Assembly: GCA_016182095.1 (NCBI GenBank)
Contig: JACOXY010000011.1
Location: 3,794-67,793, forward strand
Direction of reading: 5' to 3'
Length of the DNA: 64,000 nucleotides
Origin: Candidatus Liptonbacteria bacterium
Lineage (GTDB): Bacteria; Patescibacteriota; Minisyncoccia; UBA6257; JACOXY01
Shown here: piece by piece, positions 8,031 to 17,091 of the stretch
Layout: each line of letters begins with the position of its first letter
Position numbering within the stretch: position 1 is the first letter of the stretch
Position numbers and translations under genes: made by a program
The notes under the pieces: generated by a model
Database searches by the model: none
Seen by the model: the letters and a program-made list of their open reading frames with translations, nothing else
What the model was told of the DNA's origin: nothing

Positions 8031-8058
8031 TAGGGTTTAGGGTTTAGGGTTTAGGGTT
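8031..8058. repeat. (TAGGGTT)4 perfect heptamer tract
   Basis: Read directly; encodes C-terminal TLNPKP and the stop of 8037-8897. Confidence 0.95.
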
Positions 8059-8897
8059 CTCTTCTTTAGCTCATATATCTTAGAGTCGACTAAAAATCTG
8101 TACCAAAATCCCTGAAGGGTGTGCCATATTAACCCCGGTATACCGTCCAAGAATCCTAAACGAATAAAATAACGATATTTAAAGTATAGAAGAGCCCTCA
8201 AAAATGGAGGTAATTTATAATAAAAATTTTCCTTGTACCATCGCTTTTTTTCGGGATCAGAACCATGCCTGTCTGCCTTTATTGTTGTATTGTTCTGTTG
8301 TTCTGTTGTTTGAAGGTAAGCCTCCGCCTCCCTGGTCGCGTATTTATTGTGCTTTTCTATCCAAACAGACAAATTTTTCCTGTCATGTTCCTCAAAATCA
8401 TTTTGTAAATTAATAGTTTTCCCGCTAGATAAAATTACATGCTCATCCATCTCTCGTTCCTCATAACGGCCAGCATCTCTCCTCCAGAGACGCAAAAACC
8501 AAGCCGGATAATATCCGCCATGTTTAATCCACCTATTCATAAAGTAAACTCTCCTTTTTAAATAAAACCCCGTTGTTTCTCTTGTTAATTTGTTAAATTG
8601 TTCATTGATTTCATTCCATGTTTCGGGGAGCATTATCTCGTCCGCGTCCAAGCGCAAGATCCAGTCATTTTTAATAGCAACAGTGTCGAGTGCCCAGTTA
8701 AACTGCTCGGCCTGGTTTACGAACCTTCTCTGATGTACCTTGTCGGTATATTTTTTAACAATTTCCAGGGTTTTGTCGCGGCTCATGGAATCAACCACTA
8801 TAATCTCATCTACCCAATCGGCAATACTTTGCAGGCAGTTTTCAATATTTAGCTCTTCGTTGTAAGTAAGGATTATGGCGCTAATTGGCAATTTCAT
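8037..8897 (-). CDS. glycosyltransferase family 2 (WaaE/KdtX-like)
   Basis: IILTYNEE, VVDS.S.D.T, WILRLDADE, GFLDG. Confidence 0.92.
   Translation of the reverse strand: MKLPISAIILTYNEELNIENCLQSIADWVDEIIVVDSMSRDKTLEIVKKYTDKVHQRRFVNQAEQFNWALDTVAIKNDWILRLDADEIMLPETWNEINEQFNKLTRETTGFYLKRRVYFMNRWIKHGGYYPAWFLRLWRRDAGRYEEREMDEHVILSSGKTINLQNDFEEHDRKNLSVWIEKHNKYATREAEAYLQTTEQQNNTTIKADRHGSDPEKKRWYKENFYYKLPPFLRALLYFKYRYFIRLGFLDGIPGLIWHTLQGFWYRFLVDSKIYELKKRTLNPKP
8281..8312. repeat. degenerate 8-mer tract (RTTGTTNN)4 inside CDS
   Basis: Encodes QTTEQQNNTTI; same unit as 4094-4125 and 10061-10095. Confidence 0.75.
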
Positions 8898-8908
8898 TGT
8901 TGAAGTAA

Positions 8909-9478
8909 TTAAAATAAGCTCTGCGGTAGGAACGTTTTTATATCTTCTGGTCGTAATAGCCTTACATCATCAGCGACTTTTGTAAGCCCGAATGACTGGC
9001 CTTTTGCAACTCCCACATATTGAACTCTCTTATTAAAAGATTGGGTCTCTTCAACGGCCGCAACTAAATCAGTATCTGAGCTTATTAAATATGCAATATC
9101 ATATTTATCTTGACGCGCAAACCGAATCATCTCAACGGCAAGCCGTACATCCACGCCCTTTTCATGAAAGGTTTTGTCGGGATGTTGAATTAGCTGGCCA
9201 AGCGTTATTGCGATTTTTTGCTGCTGCAATTTACCAATTAGTTTTTGCTGATCAGCATACATTTTTTCTGATTTTTCGTTTCTCTGTCGCTTTAGTGCCC
9301 CCACATAATAGTGAATTTCTATAAGCTGATTTGGAATCACAAGCCACTCTGCAAACCCTCGGAAGTTAAAATCGAGTAACTTAAATTTACCATCTACTCT
9401 TGAAGAAAGCTCTTTGAGTTTAAAGTAAAAATTGTTCCCGTCTATAAAAACAAAAGCTCTTTGTTTATTTTGGTTCAT
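8909..9478 (-). CDS. NYN domain (LabA/DUF88, PIN-like) protein
   Basis: FIDGNN, EKGVDV.LA, SSDTDL. Confidence 0.92.
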   Translation of the reverse strand: MNQNKQRAFVFIDGNNFYFKLKELSSRVDGKFKLLDFNFRGFAEWLVIPNQLIEIHYYVGALKRQRNEKSEKMYADQQKLIGKLQQQKIAITLGQLIQHPDKTFHEKGVDVRLAVEMIRFARQDKYDIAYLISSDTDLVAAVEETQSFNKRVQYVGVAKGQSFGLTKVADDVRLLRPEDIKTFLPQSLF

Positions 9479-9486
9479 GAACTAAA

Positions 9487-9561
9487 ACTGCCGTCCCGAG
9501 CAAACCGAGAAGGCAGTGAGATTAACACTTTTACTGTAGCGCAAACCTAGAGCGGCGTCAA
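9487..9561 (-). promoter_or_regulatory. promoter TTGACG-17-TACAGT and 5'-UTR hairpin of the NYN gene
   Basis: Boxes 9556-9561/9533-9538; ACTGCC...GGCAGT stem 9487-9517 just before the ATG. Confidence 0.6.
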
Positions 9562-9609
9562 GTACTCCTGTGAATAACTGGGGGCGCGTATAAACATGCT
9601 GTAAAAAGC

Positions 9610-10812
9610 TCATACAAGCTCATTGTACGCCGCAAGCCACTTTTTAGCTATATTGGGCCAAGAGTATTTTTCTTCTACTAATTTTCTGCCTCGCTCGCCC
9701 AAAGCCTTCCTTAAATCGTCATCGCGTAAGAGACCTAAAATTGCCTTGGCCAATTGCTCCTCGTTTTTTTCTATCACAATTCCAGCTTTTGCTTCTCTCA
9801 CATCGGGCGTGATGCCAACTCCTTCTGTTATCACAACTGGCACGCTCCGCGCCATCGCCTCAACCACGGAGCCGCCAAAGTTTTCGGAATATGAGGGCAT
9901 AACAAACATGTCGGCGCTTTGATAGGCCGCGGCCTTATCTTCCCCGCGCAAATCTCCGGTAAAAATCACGCTGTTAGTTGGCAGTTGGTGATGAGTAGTG
10001 AGTAGTTGGATTTCCTTTTTGTAGCCCTCATCATCACCCCCAACAATTACCAAAACTAAATTGTTCTCTTGTTCTATTGTTCTATTGTTTTCTTGTCGAA
10101 CAACTTCCGCAAAGGCAGGAATTAAAGTGTCAAAGCCTTTTTTCCAGTTTAACCGCCCAAGCGAGAGCACAATTTTGGCGTTCCCGGGAATATTAAATTT
10201 TATTCTAAATTCACTCTTTAATTCCTCATTACTGTTTACTAATTTCTTTTCCATTTCCACTCCATTGGCGATCACAATCGCCTTATTTAGCGGCAATCCT
10301 AATTTTAGATACTCCTCTTTTTCCAGCTCGGTCGTAAAGTGGATCGCTGAAGCTCCCGACAAATTCTTTTTTTCTATTAAACTGATATATAACTTTTTCT
10401 TGAAACTACTTTTCTTTTCTATGAGTTCCGTGATTAAACTACCGCGTGGAGAAATAATGTACGGCTTATTAAATCTTTTAGCGTACTTGGCGCCAAAATA
10501 AGAAGCGGAAAGGAAAACAGAGGTAATGTGGATAATATCAAAATCTTTCAGTGAATCACGCAGCGCTAAACGCAAGTCTCGAGAATAGAACCAGGAACGC
10601 AAAAATCGCGACGCCTTAAAATAATAAATTTTAACGCCATCGATAATATCGGTTTTTGTCTGCAAATCATCTCCGCCATCAATATTGGTTGTATAAACAG
10701 TTACTTCGGCGCCTTCTTTCGCTACCCATTTATTCAGCCCATGAACGCTCTTAATCGGACCACCGTAGCGGTAAGCCGGAAGATAAGTTGGGACTATATG
10801 GAGAATCTTCAT
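9610..10812 (-). CDS. glycosyltransferase family 4
   Basis: YGGP, GRLNWKKG, PSYSENFGGSVVEAMA; start moved to MKILH. Confidence 0.92.
   Translation of the reverse strand: MKILHIVPTYLPAYRYGGPIKSVHGLNKWVAKEGAEVTVYTTNIDGGDDLQTKTDIIDGVKIYYFKASRFLRSWFYSRDLRLALRDSLKDFDIIHITSVFLSASYFGAKYAKRFNKPYIISPRGSLITELIEKKSSFKKKLYISLIEKKNLSGASAIHFTTELEKEEYLKLGLPLNKAIVIANGVEMEKKLVNSNEELKSEFRIKFNIPGNAKIVLSLGRLNWKKGFDTLIPAFAEVVRQENNRTIEQENNLVLVIVGGDDEGYKKEIQLLTTHHQLPTNSVIFTGDLRGEDKAAAYQSADMFVMPSYSENFGGSVVEAMARSVPVVITEGVGITPDVREAKAGIVIEKNEEQLAKAILGLLRDDDLRKALGERGRKLVEEKYSWPNIAKKWLAAYNELV
9975..10009. repeat. degenerate heptamer tract (TAGTTGG-like)5 inside CDS
   Basis: Encodes QLLTTHHQLPTN. Confidence 0.7.
10061..10095. 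repeat. 8-mer tract (TTGTTYTM)4 inside CDS
   Basis: Encodes QENNRTIEQENN. Confidence 0.8.
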
Positions 10813-10818
10813 GAACGA

Positions 10819-10895
10819 AGTAATAAGTAAAGAGTAATTAGTAATTAAGTTCAAGGGCCATCCTTATTACTAATTACCAGTTGCTAGTTACTAAT
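10819..10895. repeat. inverted pair of AGTAATT / AATTACT heptamer arrays
   Basis: 4 units 10819-10846 facing 4 degenerate reverse units 10865-10892. Confidence 0.8.
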
Positions 10896-10940
10896 GTTTG
10901 TGTTACAAATAGCGTAGCATTATTTATCGGGGGGTTTCAA

Positions 10941-11213
10941 ATGATTAAGCATGAAGTTGTGAACGGCTTTGAAGACGTGAGGCATCTTAAAGCAGTAATC
11001 ATTACAGAGCCGCCGTGGATCTTTCCGGAGCTTTATGGCATTGTGCAAAATAGCGACAAAAGCCCGCGCTTCTCTGATGTTCTTGCCAAACTTGAAATTA
11101 AGCCCTTGGAATTTATTGAGTTAATAGACGATAAGTTTAATGGGAGGCCGCACTACAAGTTACAGATTGGCATCACGGCAGTGGGGCATAAGTTAGCGAT
11201 TATCGCCTGCTAA
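10941..11213 (+). CDS. hypothetical protein
   Basis: ATG after GGGGG RBS; fills the gap between minus-strand genes. Confidence 0.55.
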   Translation: MIKHEVVNGFEDVRHLKAVIITEPPWIFPELYGIVQNSDKSPRFSDVLAKLEIKPLEFIELIDDKFNGRPHYKLQIGITAVGHKLAIIAC

Positions 11214-11224
11214 ATAGCAGCACA

Positions 11225-11947
11225 TCAGCCAGAATCATTGGCTGATTTTCTTTCCCCTTTGCGGCTTACCCCGCTAAGCATTCTATAGTATTTCCTATAT
11301 AATCTTCCTGGCTTCCTCTTCGCGGCCAGAAAAAATTTAACAATGAATTTCAAATAAAAATAGAGCGTCTTTGATATTAAAGATTTTTTTACAAATAAAA
11401 CGTCGCCATTGTTGGTTAGTGAAAAGGGAATGCAATAAAATCCGGCTGATTCCAGTTTTGCTTTAATTTTCTCCACTCTGGGTTTTAATTCTGGATATAA
11501 GAAATCATGAAATTCAATGGTCATTTGATTAACATCCTTAAGATCATCAGGGGTCGCGGCTCCCAGTATCTGAACCTCTTCGCCCTCGATATCTATTTTT
11601 ATTAAGTCCACCTTTCCGTTCTGTTTTAAGATATTTGTGAATGCCACACTTGGGACTCGTATACTTGACTCTGATTTTTCAACCACCGTAATATCCATCC
11701 CCCGCCCCCAGGATAAATCTAAGTAACCATCCTCAACGCCCACAGCTTTGTTTATCTTTTGTACGAGATTATTAGCTGGAATGCGTTCAAAAAGTTCCCG
11801 TAGTGGCTCAAAGGTCAAGACCTTACAGCCAAAATCTTCGGATATGCGCCGCGCGAATTCACCCCTGTTACCGCCCAAATCCAAAACAAAAGAATTTTCG
11901 TCCAAAAGATTTCCCAAAAAGTTGTGTTCGCAGATTTCTTTAATCAT
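11225..11947 (-). CDS. FkbM family methyltransferase
   Basis: VLDLGGNRG, FEP, LIKIDIEG.E, IEFH. Confidence 0.9.
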   Translation of the reverse strand: MIKEICEHNFLGNLLDENSFVLDLGGNRGEFARRISEDFGCKVLTFEPLRELFERIPANNLVQKINKAVGVEDGYLDLSWGRGMDITVVEKSESSIRVPSVAFTNILKQNGKVDLIKIDIEGEEVQILGAATPDDLKDVNQMTIEFHDFLYPELKPRVEKIKAKLESAGFYCIPFSLTNNGDVLFVKKSLISKTLYFYLKFIVKFFLAAKRKPGRLYRKYYRMLSGVSRKGERKSANDSG

Positions 11948-13085
11948 TTAACACTTTTTTATACGCATCAACTATTTTACTTCCATAGTCATTCCATGTA
12001 AAACCGGAAGAGACCCTCTCTTTGGCCGACCGCCCCATTTGCAAGCGTCTTTCGGAATTTTTATATAAGTAAAGAAGTTTTTCCTTTAGTAAATTTACAT
12101 CGCGAATCGGTATTACAAAACCATCAAGACCGTCGCGTACGATATCCTCGCCCCCGGTATTAGTAGTACAGATTACCGGCAGCCCGCAAGCCATAGCTTG
12201 CGGCTGGACCATGGCTAAACCTTCTTCAATAGACATCAAACAAAATACAGAGCCCTGCGAATAATATTTATAAAGTTCTTTTTGCGGCACATGTCCAATA
12301 TAGTTAAACTTTCCGTCATATTTTTTAAAGAAGGGTTTTATTTCGTCGTTTATTGAACCAATGAGCATCAATTCGGAATTGGGTAGGTTTAGCTCGGCAA
12401 AAGCCCGCAATAAGTAATGAACGCCCTTCCTTAAGCTCATGCCACCAGCAAAAATAATTCTAAAAACATTGTCCTCTTTTTTTACTTGCCGAAACGAAGA
12501 CAAGTCCGCTCCATAAGGAACGTGAATTAGTTTGGATTCGGGAAATCCTTTCTCCAAAAAAGTTCTTTTTACATAAAGGGAGGGTATAGAGATGAAATCC
12601 GCTTCATTGTATTCTTCAATCTCTTTCTGGACTACTTTAGGATGCCCAAGCTGCGACTTCAGGCCAAATTTTTCGTACTCCTCTTTTAAAATACTGTGCT
12701 GAAAACTTATGTGCGAGCTACCTCTTTCAATAATGGTCACTGCTCCTGCTTTTTTTGCCGCGCGCAAAGTATGCAAAGCATAACTTGACCAGGCGACGCA
12801 AATGTCCGCTCCGCTGACTTTTTTGGATGCCCATTTATCAAAAACTTCACAATTCAGATATTGCGGATTGCCGAAACTTCGAAGAAAGCCCGGCAATTTT
12901 CTATATCCCCTTCCTATGGCCTCCACCAAAATATTTGAGAAAATCTTTTCCTTTGGAATGCCGTATTTTTGAACTTCCGACTTTGGATAAGAAGTTATTA
13001 AGCTTTTTAGGTGGCCGCGTTTTTGCAATTCTTCTGCTAAATTAAAAGCATGAAAACGACCGGCAACTGAAATAATTATCCTCAT
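11940..13085 (-). CDS. glycosyltransferase family 4
   Basis: RKGVHYL, SIEEGLAMVQPQAMACGLPVI. Confidence 0.92.
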   Translation of the reverse strand: MRIIISVAGRFHAFNLAEELQKRGHLKSLITSYPKSEVQKYGIPKEKIFSNILVEAIGRGYRKLPGFLRSFGNPQYLNCEVFDKWASKKVSGADICVAWSSYALHTLRAAKKAGAVTIIERGSSHISFQHSILKEEYEKFGLKSQLGHPKVVQKEIEEYNEADFISIPSLYVKRTFLEKGFPESKLIHVPYGADLSSFRQVKKEDNVFRIIFAGGMSLRKGVHYLLRAFAELNLPNSELMLIGSINDEIKPFFKKYDGKFNYIGHVPQKELYKYYSQGSVFCLMSIEEGLAMVQPQAMACGLPVICTTNTGGEDIVRDGLDGFVIPIRDVNLLKEKLLYLYKNSERRLQMGRSAKERVSSGFTWNDYGSKIVDAYKKVLND

Positions 13086-13091
13086 AATAAA

Positions 13092-13991
13092 TCAGGCCAA
13101 TAATCCGTTTAATCCTTTTTTGTTGGAATCGCAATACTCATAGAAATAATTTTCCCAGTACGCGCATATTTTTTCGTACTCAGGCGCGCCGACGCCATAC
13201 ATGCTGTCAAATTCGGGCCGGGAAGTATTATCGCTTCTTTCTTCAAAAAATTTAAACCATTTTTGGTATTCTTCCAAATCTTCGGGCGTCCCCCATTGAC
13301 AAAAGTAATCCACCGGGTACACCAACGAACGTAACCCGTCTCTAATTAAAAAGTTAAACAGCAAGCTCATGTAATATTCGCCGTTAACCGGCGTTCCGTC
13401 ATGCAAAACTTTCGCGCAGTAATGTTTTAAATTTTCGCCGGTACTAAAATAAAATGTGCCGGCTTGTTGCCAAGTGTCCATTTTATTAGCGGTAAAGAAA
13501 TATTTTTCTCTAATCTCTGACGCATAGCCGAATTGATCAGTTTTCACGCCGGCGTATAAATTAGGGCCCAAAAGATGGGGATGGAATCCGCGATAGCAAA
13601 CCGAAGCGCTGGCTATTTTTTTGTCCGCAACAGTTTTCTTAAAATCTTTATAGTCCCATAACATAAAAAAATCGCAATAATTAACTATTACCGGCTCTTC
13701 ATTTTTTATAAACGAAGAGGCTTCTGCGATTGAATAGACAGGGCCTAATTTATGGGGCTTAATTGGCATGATTTTAGCCTCCGGCTTCAGAGATAAAAGT
13801 TTGTCTGCCAAATTAGTGCTTGCGAGATGGTCTTCGGCGCAGATAAAAACAAAATCTTTTTCTTCGGGGAATAAGTTAATTACGTACTCAATTATCGGTT
13901 TGCCGGCAACTTCAATTAACGGCTTTATGGCCGCGTAACCTTTATCTACAAATCGCTGTCCGCGGCCACTCATGGGAATAATGATTTGCAT
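13092..13991 (-). CDS. sugar-phosphate nucleotidyltransferase-like protein
   Basis: IIIPMSGRGQRF...KPLI, WGTPED. Confidence 0.85.
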   Translation of the reverse strand: MQIIIPMSGRGQRFVDKGYAAIKPLIEVAGKPIIEYVINLFPEEKDFVFICAEDHLASTNLADKLLSLKPEAKIMPIKPHKLGPVYSIAEASSFIKNEEPVIVNYCDFFMLWDYKDFKKTVADKKIASASVCYRGFHPHLLGPNLYAGVKTDQFGYASEIREKYFFTANKMDTWQQAGTFYFSTGENLKHYCAKVLHDGTPVNGEYYMSLLFNFLIRDGLRSLVYPVDYFCQWGTPEDLEEYQKWFKFFEERSDNTSRPEFDSMYGVGAPEYEKICAYWENYFYEYCDSNKKGLNGLLA

Positions 13992-13995
13992 AAGT

Positions 13996-14703
13996 TTAAC
14001 TATTGGCGTTATTTCTTAAAGCCCATATGTATTTGATTGACCGCCAAATTGTTTTTAACTTACTCTTCCAGGAAAACGCCCATTTTGACTCTCCATAAAT
14101 TCTATTTGGGAAATAAACATTAATAGTTTCTATTTCATAGCCATTATTTTGAGCCACGCACAGCAGGTAAAGATCAAGCGAGAAATCCTTTGGGGGGTTT
14201 TTCATTAAAGAGATCAATCCTCTGGGAAACAATTTCGGCTGAGCGTTAATCTCCGCGAACTTCCTGCGCAAAATTAAACTGGCGACAACCGCCATTCCAA
14301 AACTAAAAATTATCTGCGATAAAGCGCGGTTTATTCTCCAACCTTTTACAACCAATTTTTCGCTGCTATGGCCCGCGTACACATCATGCGCCCTAAAGAC
14401 GTCTGCCGCGGAAGTCTGCATGTCACTGTGTGTCCAGGCCACCATATCTCCCCGCGCCTCTTTTAACCCCGTCATTATAGCATGGCCATATCCACGGTTA
14501 GGCTGATAAGAGATCAGTTTGGCGAACCCATATTTTTCCTTCGGCAATATACACTCAAAAATACTAAGCGTGTCGTCTTTTGACCCGTCGTTCACACAAA
14601 TCAGTTCAAATTCATATAGGTTTGAAAATTCCGCGAAAGCCTCAAGCACAAGAGGGATGTTTCGCGATTCATTATAGAAGGGAATGATGATTGACAGTTT
14701 CAT
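13996..14703 (-). CDS. GT2, polyprenol-phosphate glycosyltransferase (DPM1-like)
   Basis: IIPFYNE, VNDGSKD, NRGYGHA, R..GESKW. Confidence 0.85.
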   Translation of the reverse strand: MKLSIIIPFYNESRNIPLVLEAFAEFSNLYEFELICVNDGSKDDTLSIFECILPKEKYGFAKLISYQPNRGYGHAIMTGLKEARGDMVAWTHSDMQTSAADVFRAHDVYAGHSSEKLVVKGWRINRALSQIIFSFGMAVVASLILRRKFAEINAQPKLFPRGLISLMKNPPKDFSLDLYLLCVAQNNGYEIETINVYFPNRIYGESKWAFSWKSKLKTIWRSIKYIWALRNNANS

Positions 14704-14714
14704 AGTATATAAAA

Positions 14715-15536
14715 TTAAAGCTTTGCCTGCGTTTTGAAATATTCATGCCAAAAATCATATCCGTCCTTATTTTTGATTTCCAGATTGCCGCTCTTGATAT
14801 TTTTTTCCCAGAAGCAATATTCCTCGTAGTCGGCCGGAGTTCCCCACCCGATATATTTAACGGGGAAAGAAATCGCTCGATGCCGAAGCTCACAGGCAAG
14901 AGCAATCATAGAATCTATGTAGAATTCTCCTTTGACTTTAACATTTCTGCTGACTAATTCATGAGCCAACTCTAAAAAATATTTTCCGCTCTTAAAAATA
15001 AAAGAGCCGGTTATGGCAAAATCGTTAAAAGGATCTGCGCTTATGGGAACTTTTACCGAAACTCCATGAATGTTGTTTTCATTATCCTGTCTTAACCAGC
15101 CCCACGCCTGAGGGTTGCGCGACAAATTCGGCTGCCGGGTAAAACTGAAAACTATCAAATCGGCCGATTTATCGGATAATATTTTTTTTAAGTTTTCTTC
15201 GTCATAAACCATCCCAAAATCGCAAGCGCCGACAAAAAGCGGCTCGTCATTATTAAAGTATTCCTTGGCAACCAAACAAGAATTAAGCTGTCCTTTCGGA
15301 TCGGGATCGACCAGTATTTTTACATTTTTACCAGCTGATTCGAGAGTTTTGATAAGCTCTTTTTCCAAAAGATGCTCGTTTCTAACGACAAAAGTCCAGA
15401 TGTCGCTTTCTGGCATTCCCCGAATAGCTCTCAAAATCATTGGCTTACCCGAAACCGGAATAAGAGGCTTCGATTGTTTATAGCCTGCCTCCACGAAACG
15501 CTGTCCACGGCCTGCCATTAAAACAACATTAATCAT
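14715..15536 (-). CDS. sugar-phosphate nucleotidyltransferase-like protein
   Basis: LMAGRGQRF...KPLI, GEFYID, WGTPAD; paralog of 13092-13991. Confidence 0.85.
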   Translation of the reverse strand: MINVVLMAGRGQRFVEAGYKQSKPLIPVSGKPMILRAIRGMPESDIWTFVVRNEHLLEKELIKTLESAGKNVKILVDPDPKGQLNSCLVAKEYFNNDEPLFVGACDFGMVYDEENLKKILSDKSADLIVFSFTRQPNLSRNPQAWGWLRQDNENNIHGVSVKVPISADPFNDFAITGSFIFKSGKYFLELAHELVSRNVKVKGEFYIDSMIALACELRHRAISFPVKYIGWGTPADYEEYCFWEKNIKSGNLEIKNKDGYDFWHEYFKTQAKL

Positions 15537-15567
15537 TGTTTAAAATATTTAAAAAATAAGATCGCGG

Positions 15568-16164
15568 TTATTTCCAAAAATCAACATATTCTTTCCCGAC
15601 CATAACGGCATCCAATCTAAAATTTATTTCTTTTATCTTTTCAATGTAGCGCTTAATATCTTCCGGACGGCCCCATCGATCAGGAGAGACGAGGCAGGTT
15701 TTAAAATTTTCCATGAGTAGCTTTCCTGTCTGGATATTTAGCGGCAATTTGGTATTCGTGTCTATCCACACCCAATCCACCAGATTTTTTTGCGCTAACG
15801 CCATTTCGATCGGCTCGGCCTCGCTATATCTAACCGCGATTTCTCTCACGCCATCCTTGCGAGAAGCGCGGTAAAGGTAAGGAAATTCAACATCCAAAAG
15901 AAAATAATTTGATTTAGGAATATTATATTTTTTAGCCAACTGAATACAGCGATTTTCTATACCGACTTCTTTAATATTGAAAACGATAAAGGCGTGATTA
16001 AATTTTTTTAAATATTCTTCCAAATCATCGCCGGTTCCCGGGTCATGATTCAAGTAAAGGGTGCCGTTGCGATTGTCATGGCGCACGTCAATCTCCACTC
16101 CATTTTCCTTTGGTACCGCATTCAATTCTTCAATCTTATTTACTCTATGTTCAATAATTAACAT
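15568..16164 (-). CDS. PLC-like/GDPD-fold phosphodiesterase-like protein
   Basis: IEHRVN, GVEIDVR, LNHD, NIKE. Confidence 0.75.
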   Translation of the reverse strand: MLIIEHRVNKIEELNAVPKENGVEIDVRHDNRNGTLYLNHDPGTGDDLEEYLKKFNHAFIVFNIKEVGIENRCIQLAKKYNIPKSNYFLLDVEFPYLYRASRKDGVREIAVRYSEAEPIEMALAQKNLVDWVWIDTNTKLPLNIQTGKLLMENFKTCLVSPDRWGRPEDIKRYIEKIKEINFRLDAVMVGKEYVDFWK

Positions 16165-16194
16165 ATAAATTGATTTTGTTCGTATCTCAAGCTC

Positions 16195-17091
16195 CTAGGA
16201 AACCATCTTTAATCTTATTTTCTCTTTGCTCATATTTTTGATATAAAAAACGTCGCTTTCGTTGATAAATTTGGGGGTCCCCTTTATAGATTTTATCCCG
16301 CCAATAATATAATCCGCAGCGGAAGCAATTTCATAATAACCCGTTTTTTTAAATTCCGAAATTTCTCCCAAATTGACATCCGAAAAAACAGCGGAGTCGG
16401 GAAAGAGGTGTTTGGAAAAATCAATCGGTTTATTTAATAGCTGGAATGGCCCTATATTAAAATTGAAGAGGTAATTTTCAATAGTTTTATTCATTTCGGC
16501 GTGTAAATTCAGTGCCTTGTCGTCTCCATGGCCGTGTGTAATTACTCCGTGGTTTTCCAAAAAAATGATCTGTGGTAGCTCCATTTTCCGGCTCATCCTG
16601 TAAATAGCGAGGGCAAGATTAAAACCTGGATTATAATATGGAACAAAAAGAGTGTCTTGGCCTTTAAAAATTTCCTTTAAAACTTTTTCGCCTCCCTCCA
16701 TGCAATTAAATACATTGGCGTAAACACTGTGGGAATGTATGACATACTCCGAATCAAAAACCGCATGCATCCCGGCTTCTATGGAAGCTTCCCCAAAACT
16801 TTCGTCCCCGAAGCTATTTTTTTGAATCCATAAGTTGAAGTCATTTTCCGACTTCGCAAAGGATGCCTCTTCTAAACCCTGTCTCACCTTTTCAAAATCG
16901 CAGGCAATGTAGCCCTTATTCTCTTTTAAATCTTTAAGCAAGCAGCCCGATGCTTTTACGTACATTTTTTTACCTATCTTAACCGAAATATTGCCTCCGG
17001 CGCCCTGCGCGTAAGCGGGCGAAGACCCGATATTTTGCGACAGCCGGAAAAAATTGTTTAGTTTGTTCATTTCTTTAAAATACCTGCCCAT
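16195..17091 (-). CDS. class II aldolase/adducin family protein
   Basis: GGNISVK, KASG, SIE..MH, VIHSHS, LENHG. Confidence 0.88.
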   Translation of the reverse strand: MGRYFKEMNKLNNFFRLSQNIGSSPAYAQGAGGNISVKIGKKMYVKASGCLLKDLKENKGYIACDFEKVRQGLEEASFAKSENDFNLWIQKNSFGDESFGEASIEAGMHAVFDSEYVIHSHSVYANVFNCMEGGEKVLKEIFKGQDTLFVPYYNPGFNLALAIYRMSRKMELPQIIFLENHGVITHGHGDDKALNLHAEMNKTIENYLFNFNIGPFQLLNKPIDFSKHLFPDSAVFSDVNLGEISEFKKTGYYEIASAADYIIGGIKSIKGTPKFINESDVFYIKNMSKEKIRLKMVS

